Under the pieces are notes generated by a model. It made no database searches. It saw only the letters and a program-made list of their open reading frames with translations, and was not told the DNA's origin. 64,000 nucleotides of DNA from Geobacteraceae bacterium (lineage in GTDB: Bacteria > Desulfobacterota > Desulfuromonadia > Geobacterales > DSM-12255): positions 15,458 through 79,457 of the forward strand of contig JANOEC010000028.1 in NCBI GenBank assembly GCA_031412995.1, in the 5' to 3' direction. Shown here in pieces: positions 1-7,681 of the stretch. Numbering within the stretch: position 1 is the stretch's first letter; each line of letters opens with the position of its first letter. The translations under genes and the position numbers were made by a program.

Positions 1-32
1 ACAGGTTCTATGAAGCAAACGTTGACGGTTGA

Positions 33-1388
33 TTATGGCTCCTCATTTGAAGGCTCTGGCCGGGTAATCCTTACACGCTGAATAGCGGTGTTAGTCACCG
101 CCTGACAGGTAAACAGGTAATCTTGCCAGTGAACCAGCTCACCCTGCTCCGGGAAGCGACCGAGCTGGTCAAGGATCAATCCGGCCAAGGTATCGTACTG
201 AGCATCATCAGGGAAGTCGACTGCAAGCTCTCCTGCCAGATCAGACAGTGACAGCAGGGCATCCACTTCCAGGCTGCCATCGCTGTGACGAATCACCTTT
301 TCCAGTTCACCAACATCATGCTCGTCCTCAATTTCACCAACAAGTTCTTCCAATAGATCTTCAGTAGTAACCAGCCCGCTGATGCCGCCATATTCGTCAA
401 CCACAACCGCCATATGGACCTGCTGCCGCTGCATCTCCTTCAGCAGTTCATTTACCTTTTTCCCTTCCGGCACAAAGAATGGCGGTCTGATAATCTGCTC
501 AACCGTAAAGGCTTCACCACCAAGTACCCCGCCGAGGAAATCCTTACCGTGAATGAAGCCCTGGATATTCTCACTGCTTTCCCGATAGACCGGATACCGT
601 GAATACTGGTTCTCCAGAATAGTCTGCAGCATGGCATCCTGCGACAGATCAAGGTCAATTGCCACCATCCGGGTCCGGGGCACCATCACCTCGCGCACAC
701 TGGTGTGGGTAAAATCAAAGATGTTTTTAATATATTCGTGTTCTGCCTCAGTAAAAACGCCGCTCTCCTGCCCTTCCGCAACAATATGCTGGATCTCTTC
801 GCGAGTAATGAACTCGCCACCACCTTCAGCCTTGATCCGCAGCAGTCGCAAAACCGAACGACTTGACCAGGTAAGAAACGTAACCATCACCCCGCTGATC
901 GACGCCATAATCTGTATTGGCCGCGCTACCCGCACTGCCACAGCTTCTGCATAGTTCAGCCCAATGGTCTTTGGGACCAGCTCGCCAATGATCAGCGAAA
1001 AATACGCGACAATCACCACAACTATGCTGACAGCAATCGGTTCGGCCGCATTTTGAATTAACTGATTCGGGACGTGCAACAGGAAAGGCTTCAGATTTTC
1101 GACAGCAATGATCCCGCCAATAGCTGAAGCGAAAGAACCGACCAGCGTGACCCCAATCTGCACAATGGCCAACAGTCGGTGAGGGTCTTTCTGAAAGCCC
1201 TCCACAATTGATGCCCGACTGTCACCCTCTTCTACCAACTGGGCCAGGCGGCTTTTCCGGATCGAAACAATAGCAAATTCCGAACATGCGAAAAAACCGT
1301 TGGCGAGGATCAGCGCAGCAATCACAACCAGTTCCAGCAGGATGTTATCCAATTCAATTCCTCCAACATATTTTCTGGCCCAATTCAT
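33..1388 (-). CDS. hemolysin-family membrane protein (DUF21/CNNM TM domain + CBS pair + CorC_HlyC domain)
   Basis: 451-aa ORF. The N-terminal multi-TM region (ILANGFFACSEFAIVS) is typical of DUF21. CBS-pair and CorC/HlyC-type C-terminal regions follow. Confidence 0.85.
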   Translation of the reverse strand: MNWARKYVGGIELDNILLELVVIAALILANGFFACSEFAIVSIRKSRLAQLVEEGDSRASIVEGFQKDPHRLLAIVQIGVTLVGSFASAIGGIIAVENLKPFLLHVPNQLIQNAAEPIAVSIVVVIVAYFSLIIGELVPKTIGLNYAEAVAVRVARPIQIMASISGVMVTFLTWSSRSVLRLLRIKAEGGGEFITREEIQHIVAEGQESGVFTEAEHEYIKNIFDFTHTSVREVMVPRTRMVAIDLDLSQDAMLQTILENQYSRYPVYRESSENIQGFIHGKDFLGGVLGGEAFTVEQIIRPPFFVPEGKKVNELLKEMQRQQVHMAVVVDEYGGISGLVTTEDLLEELVGEIEDEHDVGELEKVIRHSDGSLEVDALLSLSDLAGELAVDFPDDAQYDTLAGLILDQLGRFPEQGELVHWQDYLFTCQAVTNTAIQRVRITRPEPSNEEP

Positions 1389-1617
1389 TCATAGGAACAT
1401 ACCTATTTTTAACGCATATAACGGTTCAATCTTCGACTGTGCAAAGTTAACACACACTCAAGCAGAGGACAACAGATTGCAACCTACTAAATTTAAACAG
1501 CTATTTAAGGAGAAACCTTGATTCTGTTCAGAATCAAAACAATTGCCATCGGCGACGCTCGTCAGCACTTTCGATGTATTTTCATTGTTTTAAGCTAGTT
1601 GCGAGTTTTATTAACAT

Positions 1618-1633
1618 TGGCACTGCCCTTGTA
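1618..1633 (+). promoter_or_regulatory. candidate sigma-54 (-24/-12) promoter
   Basis: TGGCAC-N5-TTGT lies about 47 nt upstream of the ATG at 1680. The -12 element is GT rather than the consensus GC. Confidence 0.3.
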
Positions 1634-1679
1634 ATAACAAAAGACAACTAACCCATACAATGCCACCAGGAGGTGCTCC

Positions 1680-2042
1680 ATGAAAACTACATCCATGAAA
1701 ACTCTCATCGCCGCCATAGTCTGCCTGACCACCCTGTCCGCTACAGGTTCATATGCCGCTGAAGGGTCAAGTTATCCTGAAGCCGTCAGTTCATATCTCC
1801 AGCAGATTGTTTCTCCTGCAGAAGCTGGCAGCCTGAGCGGGAACAGCGCCATCATCAAGATATCCTATGATAAAAAAGGTCAATTCGACCAAGCTGCAAT
1901 TTCTGGTGCTGGCGATGTTGCCCTGGCCCGGAAAATTCATCACGGCGTTAACTGGAAATCATTTCCAGTCAATGGTAAAGCAGAAACAACAATAATCGTA
2001 GCAGTTAATACTACCGGAAATCTTTCTGTAACGATCCGCTAA
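1680..2042 (+). CDS. small secreted hypothetical protein
   Basis: 120-aa ORF with an AGGAGG RBS at about 1669-1674 and an N-terminal signal peptide (LIAAIVCLTTLSATGSYAAEG). No family recognised. Confidence 0.6.
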   Translation: MKTTSMKTLIAAIVCLTTLSATGSYAAEGSSYPEAVSSYLQQIVSPAEAGSLSGNSAIIKISYDKKGQFDQAAISGAGDVALARKIHHGVNWKSFPVNGKAETTIIVAVNTTGNLSVTIR

Positions 2043-2184
2043 CCGCTTACCGACAATATAAATAGAAAAAGCACGGGTTCAACCCCCGGTGATGTCCCCA
2101 TATCATTGACATAGTGCTGGATAGTGTCAGCGGTTCCGTGAAAATGTAGTAAACGTGGCACTTTAATAATGCTGTGACAACAGT

Positions 2185-2228
2185 CCGCCGACTTCAGTTT
2201 TTACCGAGGTCGGCGGCTTTGTTTTCTT
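2185..2228 (+). terminator. rho-independent terminator
   Basis: Stem CCGCCGAC / GTCGGCGG with a loop of about 16 nt, followed by CTTTGTTTTCTT. Confidence 0.55.
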
Positions 2229-2300
2229 CAGGCTTCTATCAGATCTTTCATCCGATAGCTTTTGCCTTCAATAACCTGGGTTTCAGCATGATGTAATAGA
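2228..2300 (-). pseudogene. C-terminal remnant of an IS21-family IstB-like helper ATPase
   Basis: The reverse strand reads ...YLLHHAETQVIEGKSYRMKDLIEA*. This matches the conserved IstB C-terminus (LLHHA..I.G.SYR.K). No upstream body or start codon remains. Confidence 0.4.
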
Positions 2301-2609
2301 TAGGGAAACGAGGGACATCCCCGTATTTACGGTGAATTAGTGGGCGTCCTCCTAAAATAAACTGGATGTCCGTACGCAGTAACAGTCGAGTATCTAACGG
2401 GTTATCCGAGATGGTTATGAACGCAATTATAGCGGGTGAGCAAGTATGGAAGGCGATTATTTCAGGCCGGGCGATTGAGATTCAGGCGTAGCCGTTTCAC
2501 AGTATGTGGGCATTTATAGTTCTTGAAAGTCTTTTGCAGAGAAATACTTCAACTCAAATTTTACGGGGTGCAATCCTCCTGGTGTTGAAGATCATCGTAA
2601 AAAAACAGA

Positions 2610-2638
2610 TTGACAACATGGTAAGAATAACCTAAAAC
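2610..2638 (+). promoter_or_regulatory. candidate sigma-70 promoter of the Rrf2 gene
   Basis: TTGACA, 17 nt, TAAAAC. A CTATAG motif (2647-2652) lies just downstream. Confidence 0.3.
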
Positions 2639-2667
2639 GATAATAACTATAGCGATGGTAGGCATTA

Positions 2668-3129
2668 ATGATTTCAATGCGCAGTAAATACGCCATTAAG
2701 GCGCTCAGTTTCATGGCCCGTTCGCGGGATAAGGAGAGTTACCTTATCGCCGAACTGGCCGCTGCTGAGAATATCCCCAAGAAATTTCTTGAGGCTATTT
2801 TGCTGACCCTCAAGAGCCAGGGCATTCTGAGCAGCCGCAAAGGGCCGGGCGGTGGCTATTGGCTGGCAAAGGCACCGTCAACTATTACGCTCGGCAATAT
2901 CATTCGTGCTTTTGAAGGGGATCTGGCCCCGGTGCAATGTTTGTCTGAGAATGCTTCATCGGCTTGTCCTGAGTGTCAGGATTTGGCGACCTGTGCCACT
3001 AGAATGGTGATGGCGGATGTGCAAAATGCAGTTTCGGCGATCGTTGACAACGTTACCCTGGCAGATATGATTGAAAAAAGTGAATTCGAGCGGCAACGGC
3101 TGTCCAAGCAACTCGATTTTTCCATCTGA
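2668..3129 (+). CDS. Rrf2-family transcriptional regulator (CymR/IscR-like)
   Basis: The N-terminus MRSKYAIKAL...IPKKFLEAILLTLKSQGILSSRKGPGGGY is the Rrf2 winged-HTH signature. C-terminal Cys residues follow (CLSENASSACPECQDLATC). Confidence 0.9.
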   Translation: MISMRSKYAIKALSFMARSRDKESYLIAELAAAENIPKKFLEAILLTLKSQGILSSRKGPGGGYWLAKAPSTITLGNIIRAFEGDLAPVQCLSENASSACPECQDLATCATRMVMADVQNAVSAIVDNVTLADMIEKSEFERQRLSKQLDFSI

Positions 3130-3147
3130 TATTTTTTTGGCAACAAA

Positions 3148-3166
3148 ATCTATAAGGTCTATAGAT
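3148..3166. promoter_or_regulatory. perfect palindrome ATCTATA-N5-TATAGAT overlapping a TTGGCA-17-TATAGA promoter (candidate Rrf2 operator)
   Basis: 7-nt perfect inverted repeat with a 5-nt spacer, located 43 nt upstream of the cysK start. The candidate promoter is TTGGCA at 3138-3143 and TATAGA at 3161-3166. Confidence 0.35.
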
Positions 3167-3208
3167 AGTAATTAATGGTGATGGTCAACTAAGAAAGGAG
3201 AATTAATC

Positions 3209-4162
3209 GTGGCAAAAATTTATGTCGACAACTCCCAATCCATCGGTAATACCCCGCTGATCCAGCTCAATCATGTAACCAAGGGCGCCGGGGCAACTGT
3301 TCTGGCCAAGATCGAGGGGCGCAACCCGGCTTATTCGGTCAAATGCCGCATCGGTGCCAGCATGATCTGGGACGCCGAGGAGCGAGGGGTACTGAAACCC
3401 GGGGTCGAGATCATCGAGCCGACCAGTGGCAATACCGGTATCGCCCTGGCGTATGTGGCCGCCGCACGGGGCTACAAGCTCACCTTGACCATGCCGGAAA
3501 CCATGAGTATCGAACGGCGCCGGGTACTGGCAGCACTGGGGGCGAATCTGATACTCACCCCTGGCACCGAGGGGATGAAGGGGGCAATCAGCAAGGCCGA
3601 AGAAATCGCCGCCTCTGATCCGGCCCGCTGGTTCATCCCGCAACAGTTCAAGAACCCTGCAAACCCGGCGATCCACGAAAAGACCACCGGGCCGGAAATC
3701 TGGAACGACACCGACGGCGCAATCGACGTGCTGGTGTCCGGGGTCGGCACTGGTGGCACCATCACCGGCATTTCCCGTTATATCAAAAACACCAAGGGGA
3801 AGAAGATCATCTCGGTGGCGGTTGAACCAAAAGAGAGCCCGGTCATTTCCCAAAAGTTGGCCGGTGAAGAATTGAAGCCCGGTCCCCACAAAATTCAGGG
3901 GATCGGCGCGGGGTTTATTCCCGATACCCTCGATCTGTCGATCGTCGATCGGGTTGAACAGGTCAGCAGTGACGATGCCATCGAATTTGCCAAGCGTCTG
4001 GCCAAGGAAGAGGGGATCCTGATCGGTATTTCCGGTGGTGCCGCCATTGCGGCCGCAGTTCGTTTGGCCTTTGATCCCGAGTTTACCGGCAAGACAATCG
4101 TCGTGATCCTTCCTGACGGCGCTGAGCGTTACCTTTCCACGGCGCTATTCGAGGGGATTTAA
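3209..4162 (+). CDS. cysK: cysteine synthase A (O-acetylserine sulfhydrylase)
   Basis: 317 aa with a GTG start after an AAGGAG RBS. Contains the PLP-Lys motif (NPAYSVKCR), [10 protein letters not shown] and [10 protein letters not shown]. Confidence 0.95.
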   Translation: MAKIYVDNSQSIGNTPLIQLNHVTKGAGATVLAKIEGRNPAYSVKCRIGASMIWDAEERGVLKPGVEIIEPTSGNTGIALAYVAAARGYKLTLTMPETMSIERRRVLAALGANLILTPGTEGMKGAISKAEEIAASDPARWFIPQQFKNPANPAIHEKTTGPEIWNDTDGAIDVLVSGVGTGGTITGISRYIKNTKGKKIISVAVEPKESPVISQKLAGEELKPGPHKIQGIGAGFIPDTLDLSIVDRVEQVSSDDAIEFAKRLAKEEGILIGISGGAAIAAAVRLAFDPEFTGKTIVVILPDGAERYLSTALFEGI

Positions 4163-4344
4163 TGGCGGCCCCGGAAGGTGAGCCATGGAATGGCGAGCTG
4201 GAACGACAGGTGCGGGATGCCCTGCGGGTCATTCGTTTCGGCACAGTAACGCTGGTCATTCAGGATGGCCGGGTGATCCAGATCGATAAGAACGAAAAGG
4301 TACGTCTCAGCCGGCAGGAGCATATTCACGGCAGCGGCATTTAA
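4162..4344 (+). CDS. YezD-family small protein (DUF2292)
   Basis: 60 aa. The ATG overlaps the cysK stop (TAATG). The FGTVTLVIQDGRVIQIDKNEK core is typical of YezD proteins found next to sulfur-assimilation genes. Confidence 0.75.
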   Translation: MAAPEGEPWNGELERQVRDALRVIRFGTVTLVIQDGRVIQIDKNEKVRLSRQEHIHGSGI

Positions 4345-4414
4345 GGACGCTTATAGTAATGTTTGTGAATAAGTCTCATTGGTTGAGACATAACAGGTTG
4401 ACCGGATAACCGGA

Positions 4415-4455
4415 GGCCGGGATGAAGTCAAGAGTGACGATCCCGGCCTTTTTTT
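4415..4455 (+). terminator. rho-independent terminator of cysK-yezD
   Basis: Stem GGCCGGGA / TCCCGGCC followed by a T7 run. Confidence 0.8.
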
Positions 4456-4474
4456 ACGATTCAGGGGAATTGAT

Positions 4475-4636
4475 ATGGCAGAGCAGATTACTTTTTTTGG
4501 CAAAGGTGGTGTCGGGAAGACAACTCTGGCGGCCAATCTGAGTGCGGCGCTTGCTGATGCTGGCAAAAAAGTAGTGTTGATCGGTTGTGACATGAAAATT
4601 GATACTGGCATCATTCAGGATGGTGCTGGAATTTGA
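4475..4636 (+). pseudogene. 53-codon N-terminal remnant of a NifH/BchL-family P-loop ATPase
   Basis: MAEQITFFGKGGVGKTTLAANLSAALADAGKKVVLIGCDMKIDTG... matches the NifH-family N-terminus (YGKGGIGKST...VGCDPKADST), then stops. No continuation in any frame. Confidence 0.5.
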
Positions 4637-4780
4637 TCTTCACGTAACAACAGGAGATGTCCTATGGCGCTGGCCGCAATTTGCCAGATAAAACGTGATG
4701 CCTTTGGTTTCTGCCTCAATTTTATGAGCAGGCTATAAGGCCAAAAACTACAATCGTTATAGACAATATCTAAATTATTC

Positions 4781-4809
4781 TTGACAACCTTGCTGCGCCT
4801 TACTATGAT
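4781..4809 (+). promoter_or_regulatory. candidate sigma-70 promoter of the metY operon
   Basis: TTGACA (4781-4786), 17 nt, TATGAT (4804-4809), 70 nt upstream of the metY ATG. Confidence 0.45.
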
Positions 4810-4879
4810 CATGAAAAAGTCGGCCCGCCGAGGGCAATTACTAATCTTTACGAGCTGACCAGAGAGACTGGAGACTCGC

Positions 4880-6130
4880 ATGAACAGACCGCAGTCATTG
4901 CATGTTGAAACCCTGCTTATTCATGGTGGTCTTGAGCCCGGCCCGTCTGGGGCAACTACGGTGCCGATTGTCCAATCGTCATCCTTTGCCCACGAGACTG
5001 CTGAAGACCTGGAAGATATTTTCCGCGGCCGTAAAACCGGGCAGATCTATACCCGCCTGAATAACCCCACTACTGAAAGTCTGGAGCGGCGCCTGGCCTT
5101 GCTCGAAGGTGCTGTCTCGGCGATAGCCACTGCTTCCGGCATGGCAGCCATCAGTACCGCGGTGTTGACCATCCTTCGCACCGGTGATGAAATCCTCTCT
5201 TCCGCGTCTCTGTTTGGTGGTACCTTTTCGTTGTTCAGGGATACTCTGTCTAACTACGGAATCTTGAGCAAGTTTGTCGATCCGACCGATTTGACCGCCT
5301 TTGCCGCGGCAGTTTCGCCGGCAACCAGGTTGATATTTGTCGAAACCATCGGCAATCCGAAAATGGATGTGCCAGATATCGCTGCCTTGAGTGCCATTGC
5401 CCGACGGGCTGGCGTTCCGCTCATGCTGGATGCCACGGTCACCTCTCCTTATCTGGCACGGGGGCGTGATCTCGGCGCTGATCTGGTGATTCATTCCACC
5501 AGCAAGTTCATCAACGGCACCGGCAGTGTCATTGGCGGCGCGATCATCGATTGCGGCACCTTCAACTGGCAGAGCCCGCTTTTTCCGCACTTTGAGCTGT
5601 ACGCCAATAAATACCGCCAGTTCGCCTTTTCCGCCCGCCTGCGCAAGTTGATGCACAAGGACCTGGGGGCCTGCCCAGCGCCGATGAACTCGTTCCTGCT
5701 CACCGAGGGGATTCAAACCCTGGGGCTGAGAATGGAGCGGCATTGCAGCAATGCCCTGGCCCTGGCGCAATTCCTGAAGGATCAGCCGCAGGTCAGTTGG
5801 GTCAACTACCCCGGCCTGGAAGATTCGCCGTTTCATGATCTGGCCACGCGTCAGTACGGTGGCCTTTACGGTGGGGTGCTCACATTTGGTCTGGCCAGCC
5901 AGCCAGAAGCGTTCCGCTTGATCAATGGGCTCAAACTGGCGAAAAACCTGGCCAACATCGGCGATGCCAAGACCCTGGTGATTCACCCGGCCAGCACCAT
6001 TTGTGTTGACTATCCCCCGGAACAGCGCCTGCTGATGGGCGTCACGGATGAACAGATCCGGGTTTCGGTTGGCCTCGAACATCCAAGCGATATCATCGGG
6101 GACTTTAGCCAAGCCCTCGTCAATCTTTAA
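4880..6130 (+). CDS. metY: O-acetylhomoserine sulfhydrylase (PLP-dependent, Cys/Met-metabolism family)
   Basis: 416 aa. Contains YTRLNNPT, the STSKF PLP-lysine motif and GDAKTLVIHPASTIC. Confidence 0.9.
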   Translation: MNRPQSLHVETLLIHGGLEPGPSGATTVPIVQSSSFAHETAEDLEDIFRGRKTGQIYTRLNNPTTESLERRLALLEGAVSAIATASGMAAISTAVLTILRTGDEILSSASLFGGTFSLFRDTLSNYGILSKFVDPTDLTAFAAAVSPATRLIFVETIGNPKMDVPDIAALSAIARRAGVPLMLDATVTSPYLARGRDLGADLVIHSTSKFINGTGSVIGGAIIDCGTFNWQSPLFPHFELYANKYRQFAFSARLRKLMHKDLGACPAPMNSFLLTEGIQTLGLRMERHCSNALALAQFLKDQPQVSWVNYPGLEDSPFHDLATRQYGGLYGGVLTFGLASQPEAFRLINGLKLAKNLANIGDAKTLVIHPASTICVDYPPEQRLLMGVTDEQIRVSVGLEHPSDIIGDFSQALVNL

Positions 6131-6152
6131 TTTCAGCAAGAAAGGACCAACC

Positions 6153-6365
6153 ATGCAACTGACTGTCAACGGTAAGCCCACCACCATCGAAGGAAAAGAG
6201 ACCCTCTCCATCACCGCCCTGCTTGATGAACTGCAGGTAAAGGATGCCCTGTACGTCACCGTGGAGCTGAATGGTGAGATCATTGACCGGGAGAACTTCG
6301 ATACGACTGCCATCACTGCGGGCAATAGTGTCGAGTTTCTCTACTTCATGGGGGGAGGCCGCTGA
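6153..6365 (+). CDS. ThiS/MoaD-family sulfur-carrier protein (HcyS/CysO-like) ending in GGGR
   Basis: 70 aa starting at the internal ATG 6153 after AAGAAAGGA. MQLTVNGK...VEFLYFMGGGR has the beta-grasp carrier pattern. The stop overlaps the next gene's ATG (TGATG). Confidence 0.8.
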   Translation: MQLTVNGKPTTIEGKETLSITALLDELQVKDALYVTVELNGEIIDRENFDTTAITAGNSVEFLYFMGGGR

Positions 6366-7174
6366 TGTTGACTGAAGAGCAGATCCAGCGCTACTCGCGC
6401 CACATAATTCTCAAGGAAGTCGGTGGCAAGGGGCAGCAGAAGCTGCTGGCCGGCCGGGTGCTGATCATTGGTGCCGGCGGGCTCGGTGCCCCGATTGCCC
6501 TCTATCTGGCCGCGGCCGGGGTTGGCACCATCGGTATTGCCGATGCCGACGTGGTGGACATCACCAATCTGCAGCGGCAGGTGATCCACTTCACCCCGGA
6601 TGTGGGCAAGCCAAAGGTGGAGTCGGCAGCAGAGAAGATGCGGGCCATCAACCCTGATGTCACGGTCAATACCTATCAGGAGTGGGTCAGTGCGGCCAAC
6701 ATCGCCGGGCTCATTGCCGATTACGACTTCATCATCGACGGTACCGATAACTTTGCCGCCAAGTTCCTGATCAACGATGCCTGCGTCCTGGGGGGCAAGC
6801 CCTATTCCCATGGCGGCATCCTCCAGTTCGTCGGTCAGACCATCACCGTGTTGCCGGGCCAGTCCACCTGTTATCGCTGCATCTTTCCGACTCCGCCACC
6901 CAAGGATGCCATCCCGACCTGTTCCCAGGCCGGCGTGATCGGGGTGCTGCCCGGCGTGATCGGATCGATTCAGGCCACTGAAGCGGTCAAGTTTATCCTC
7001 GGCAAAGGTGAGCTGCTGGCCGGGCGACTGTTGACCTATGATGCCCTGGCGATGAAATTCCGCGACATCGGGATCAAACGTAACCCGAAATGTCCGATCT
7101 GCGGGGACGCGCCGACCATCACCGAACTGCATGACGAACTGGATGCAATGACGGTCTGCGACCTGGGGAAATAG
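6365..7174 (+). CDS. ThiF/MoeB/HesA-family E1-like adenylyltransferase (HcyF-like)
   Basis: 269 aa. Contains RYSRHIIL, the GAGGLG nucleotide loop, and two CxxC pairs (CYRC, CPIC) forming the zinc site. Confidence 0.85.
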   Translation: MLTEEQIQRYSRHIILKEVGGKGQQKLLAGRVLIIGAGGLGAPIALYLAAAGVGTIGIADADVVDITNLQRQVIHFTPDVGKPKVESAAEKMRAINPDVTVNTYQEWVSAANIAGLIADYDFIIDGTDNFAAKFLINDACVLGGKPYSHGGILQFVGQTITVLPGQSTCYRCIFPTPPPKDAIPTCSQAGVIGVLPGVIGSIQATEAVKFILGKGELLAGRLLTYDALAMKFRDIGIKRNPKCPICGDAPTITELHDELDAMTVCDLGK

Positions 7175-7176
7175 CC

Positions 7177-7575
7177 ATGCTGACGATTCCGCAACCGATC
7201 ATTGACGCCCTGTTTGCCCACGCGAAAAAGGACTTCCCCCTGGAGGCCTGCGGCATCCTGGGGGGGGCGGATGGCGTGGTGAGCGCGCATTACCCGATGG
7301 TCAACACCGACCGGAGTAACGAACACTTCACCATGGAGCCGAAAGAGCAGTTTGCCGTGATCAAGGATCTGCGGGCCAAGGGGAAGGAGATGCTGGCCAT
7401 CTATCACTCCCACCCGGAAACCCCGGCGCGGCCGTCGGTAGAAGACATTCGCCTGGCGTTGACGCCGGCTGTTTCCTATGTGATCATTTCGTTGGCCGGG
7501 GAAGTCCCGGATATCAAATCATTCCTGATTGCGGGGGGCGTTGTCACCCCGGAAGAGATTAATATTTACACCTAA
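7177..7575 (+). CDS. JAMM/MPN+ metalloprotease (Mec+/HcyD-like)
   Basis: 132 aa. Contains EACGIL and HSHPETPARPSVED, which is the JAMM motif E...HxHx7Sx2D. Confidence 0.85.
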   Translation: MLTIPQPIIDALFAHAKKDFPLEACGILGGADGVVSAHYPMVNTDRSNEHFTMEPKEQFAVIKDLRAKGKEMLAIYHSHPETPARPSVEDIRLALTPAVSYVIISLAGEVPDIKSFLIAGGVVTPEEINIYT

Positions 7576-7648
7576 CCCCCTCAATCCCCCCTTGTCAGGG
7601 GGGAATACCCTGAGCCTCCCCTGATAAGGGGAGGTTTGGAGGGGTTTG
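7574..7648 (+). repeat. structured 75-nt intergenic repeat, copy 1 (second copy at 61748-61822)
   Basis: Outer stem AACCCCCTC/GAGGGGTT encloses two hairpins, CCCCCC-TTGTCA-GGGGGG and CCTCCCC-TGATAA-GGGGAGG. About 85% identical to copy 2, in the same orientation. Confidence 0.75.
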
Positions 7649-7681
7649 CTTCAGGATACCGACCCTGAAAAGGAAAAGAGC

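Noticed and set aside
2068-2098. GGGTTCAACCCCC, a possible tRNA T-arm or att remnant near the IstB fragment
   Set aside because: Only 4 bp of stem are present. No acceptor stem, anticodon arm or CCA context could be built.
4810-4879. Possible SAM or other riboswitch in the metY leader
   Set aside because: The leader is only about 70 nt and shows none of the SAM-I/II/SAH core sequences I know.
4979-6325. 448-aa ORF antisense to metY
   Set aside because: It lies entirely opposite a clearly recognisable metY. Its R/G/P/A-rich low-complexity translation is typical of shadow ORFs in GC-rich DNA.
7646-7681. Longer N-terminus for the sulfite-reductase-like ORF
   Set aside because: The extension starts inside the 75-nt structured repeat and lacks an RBS. 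ATG 7682 has AAGGAAAAG upstream.
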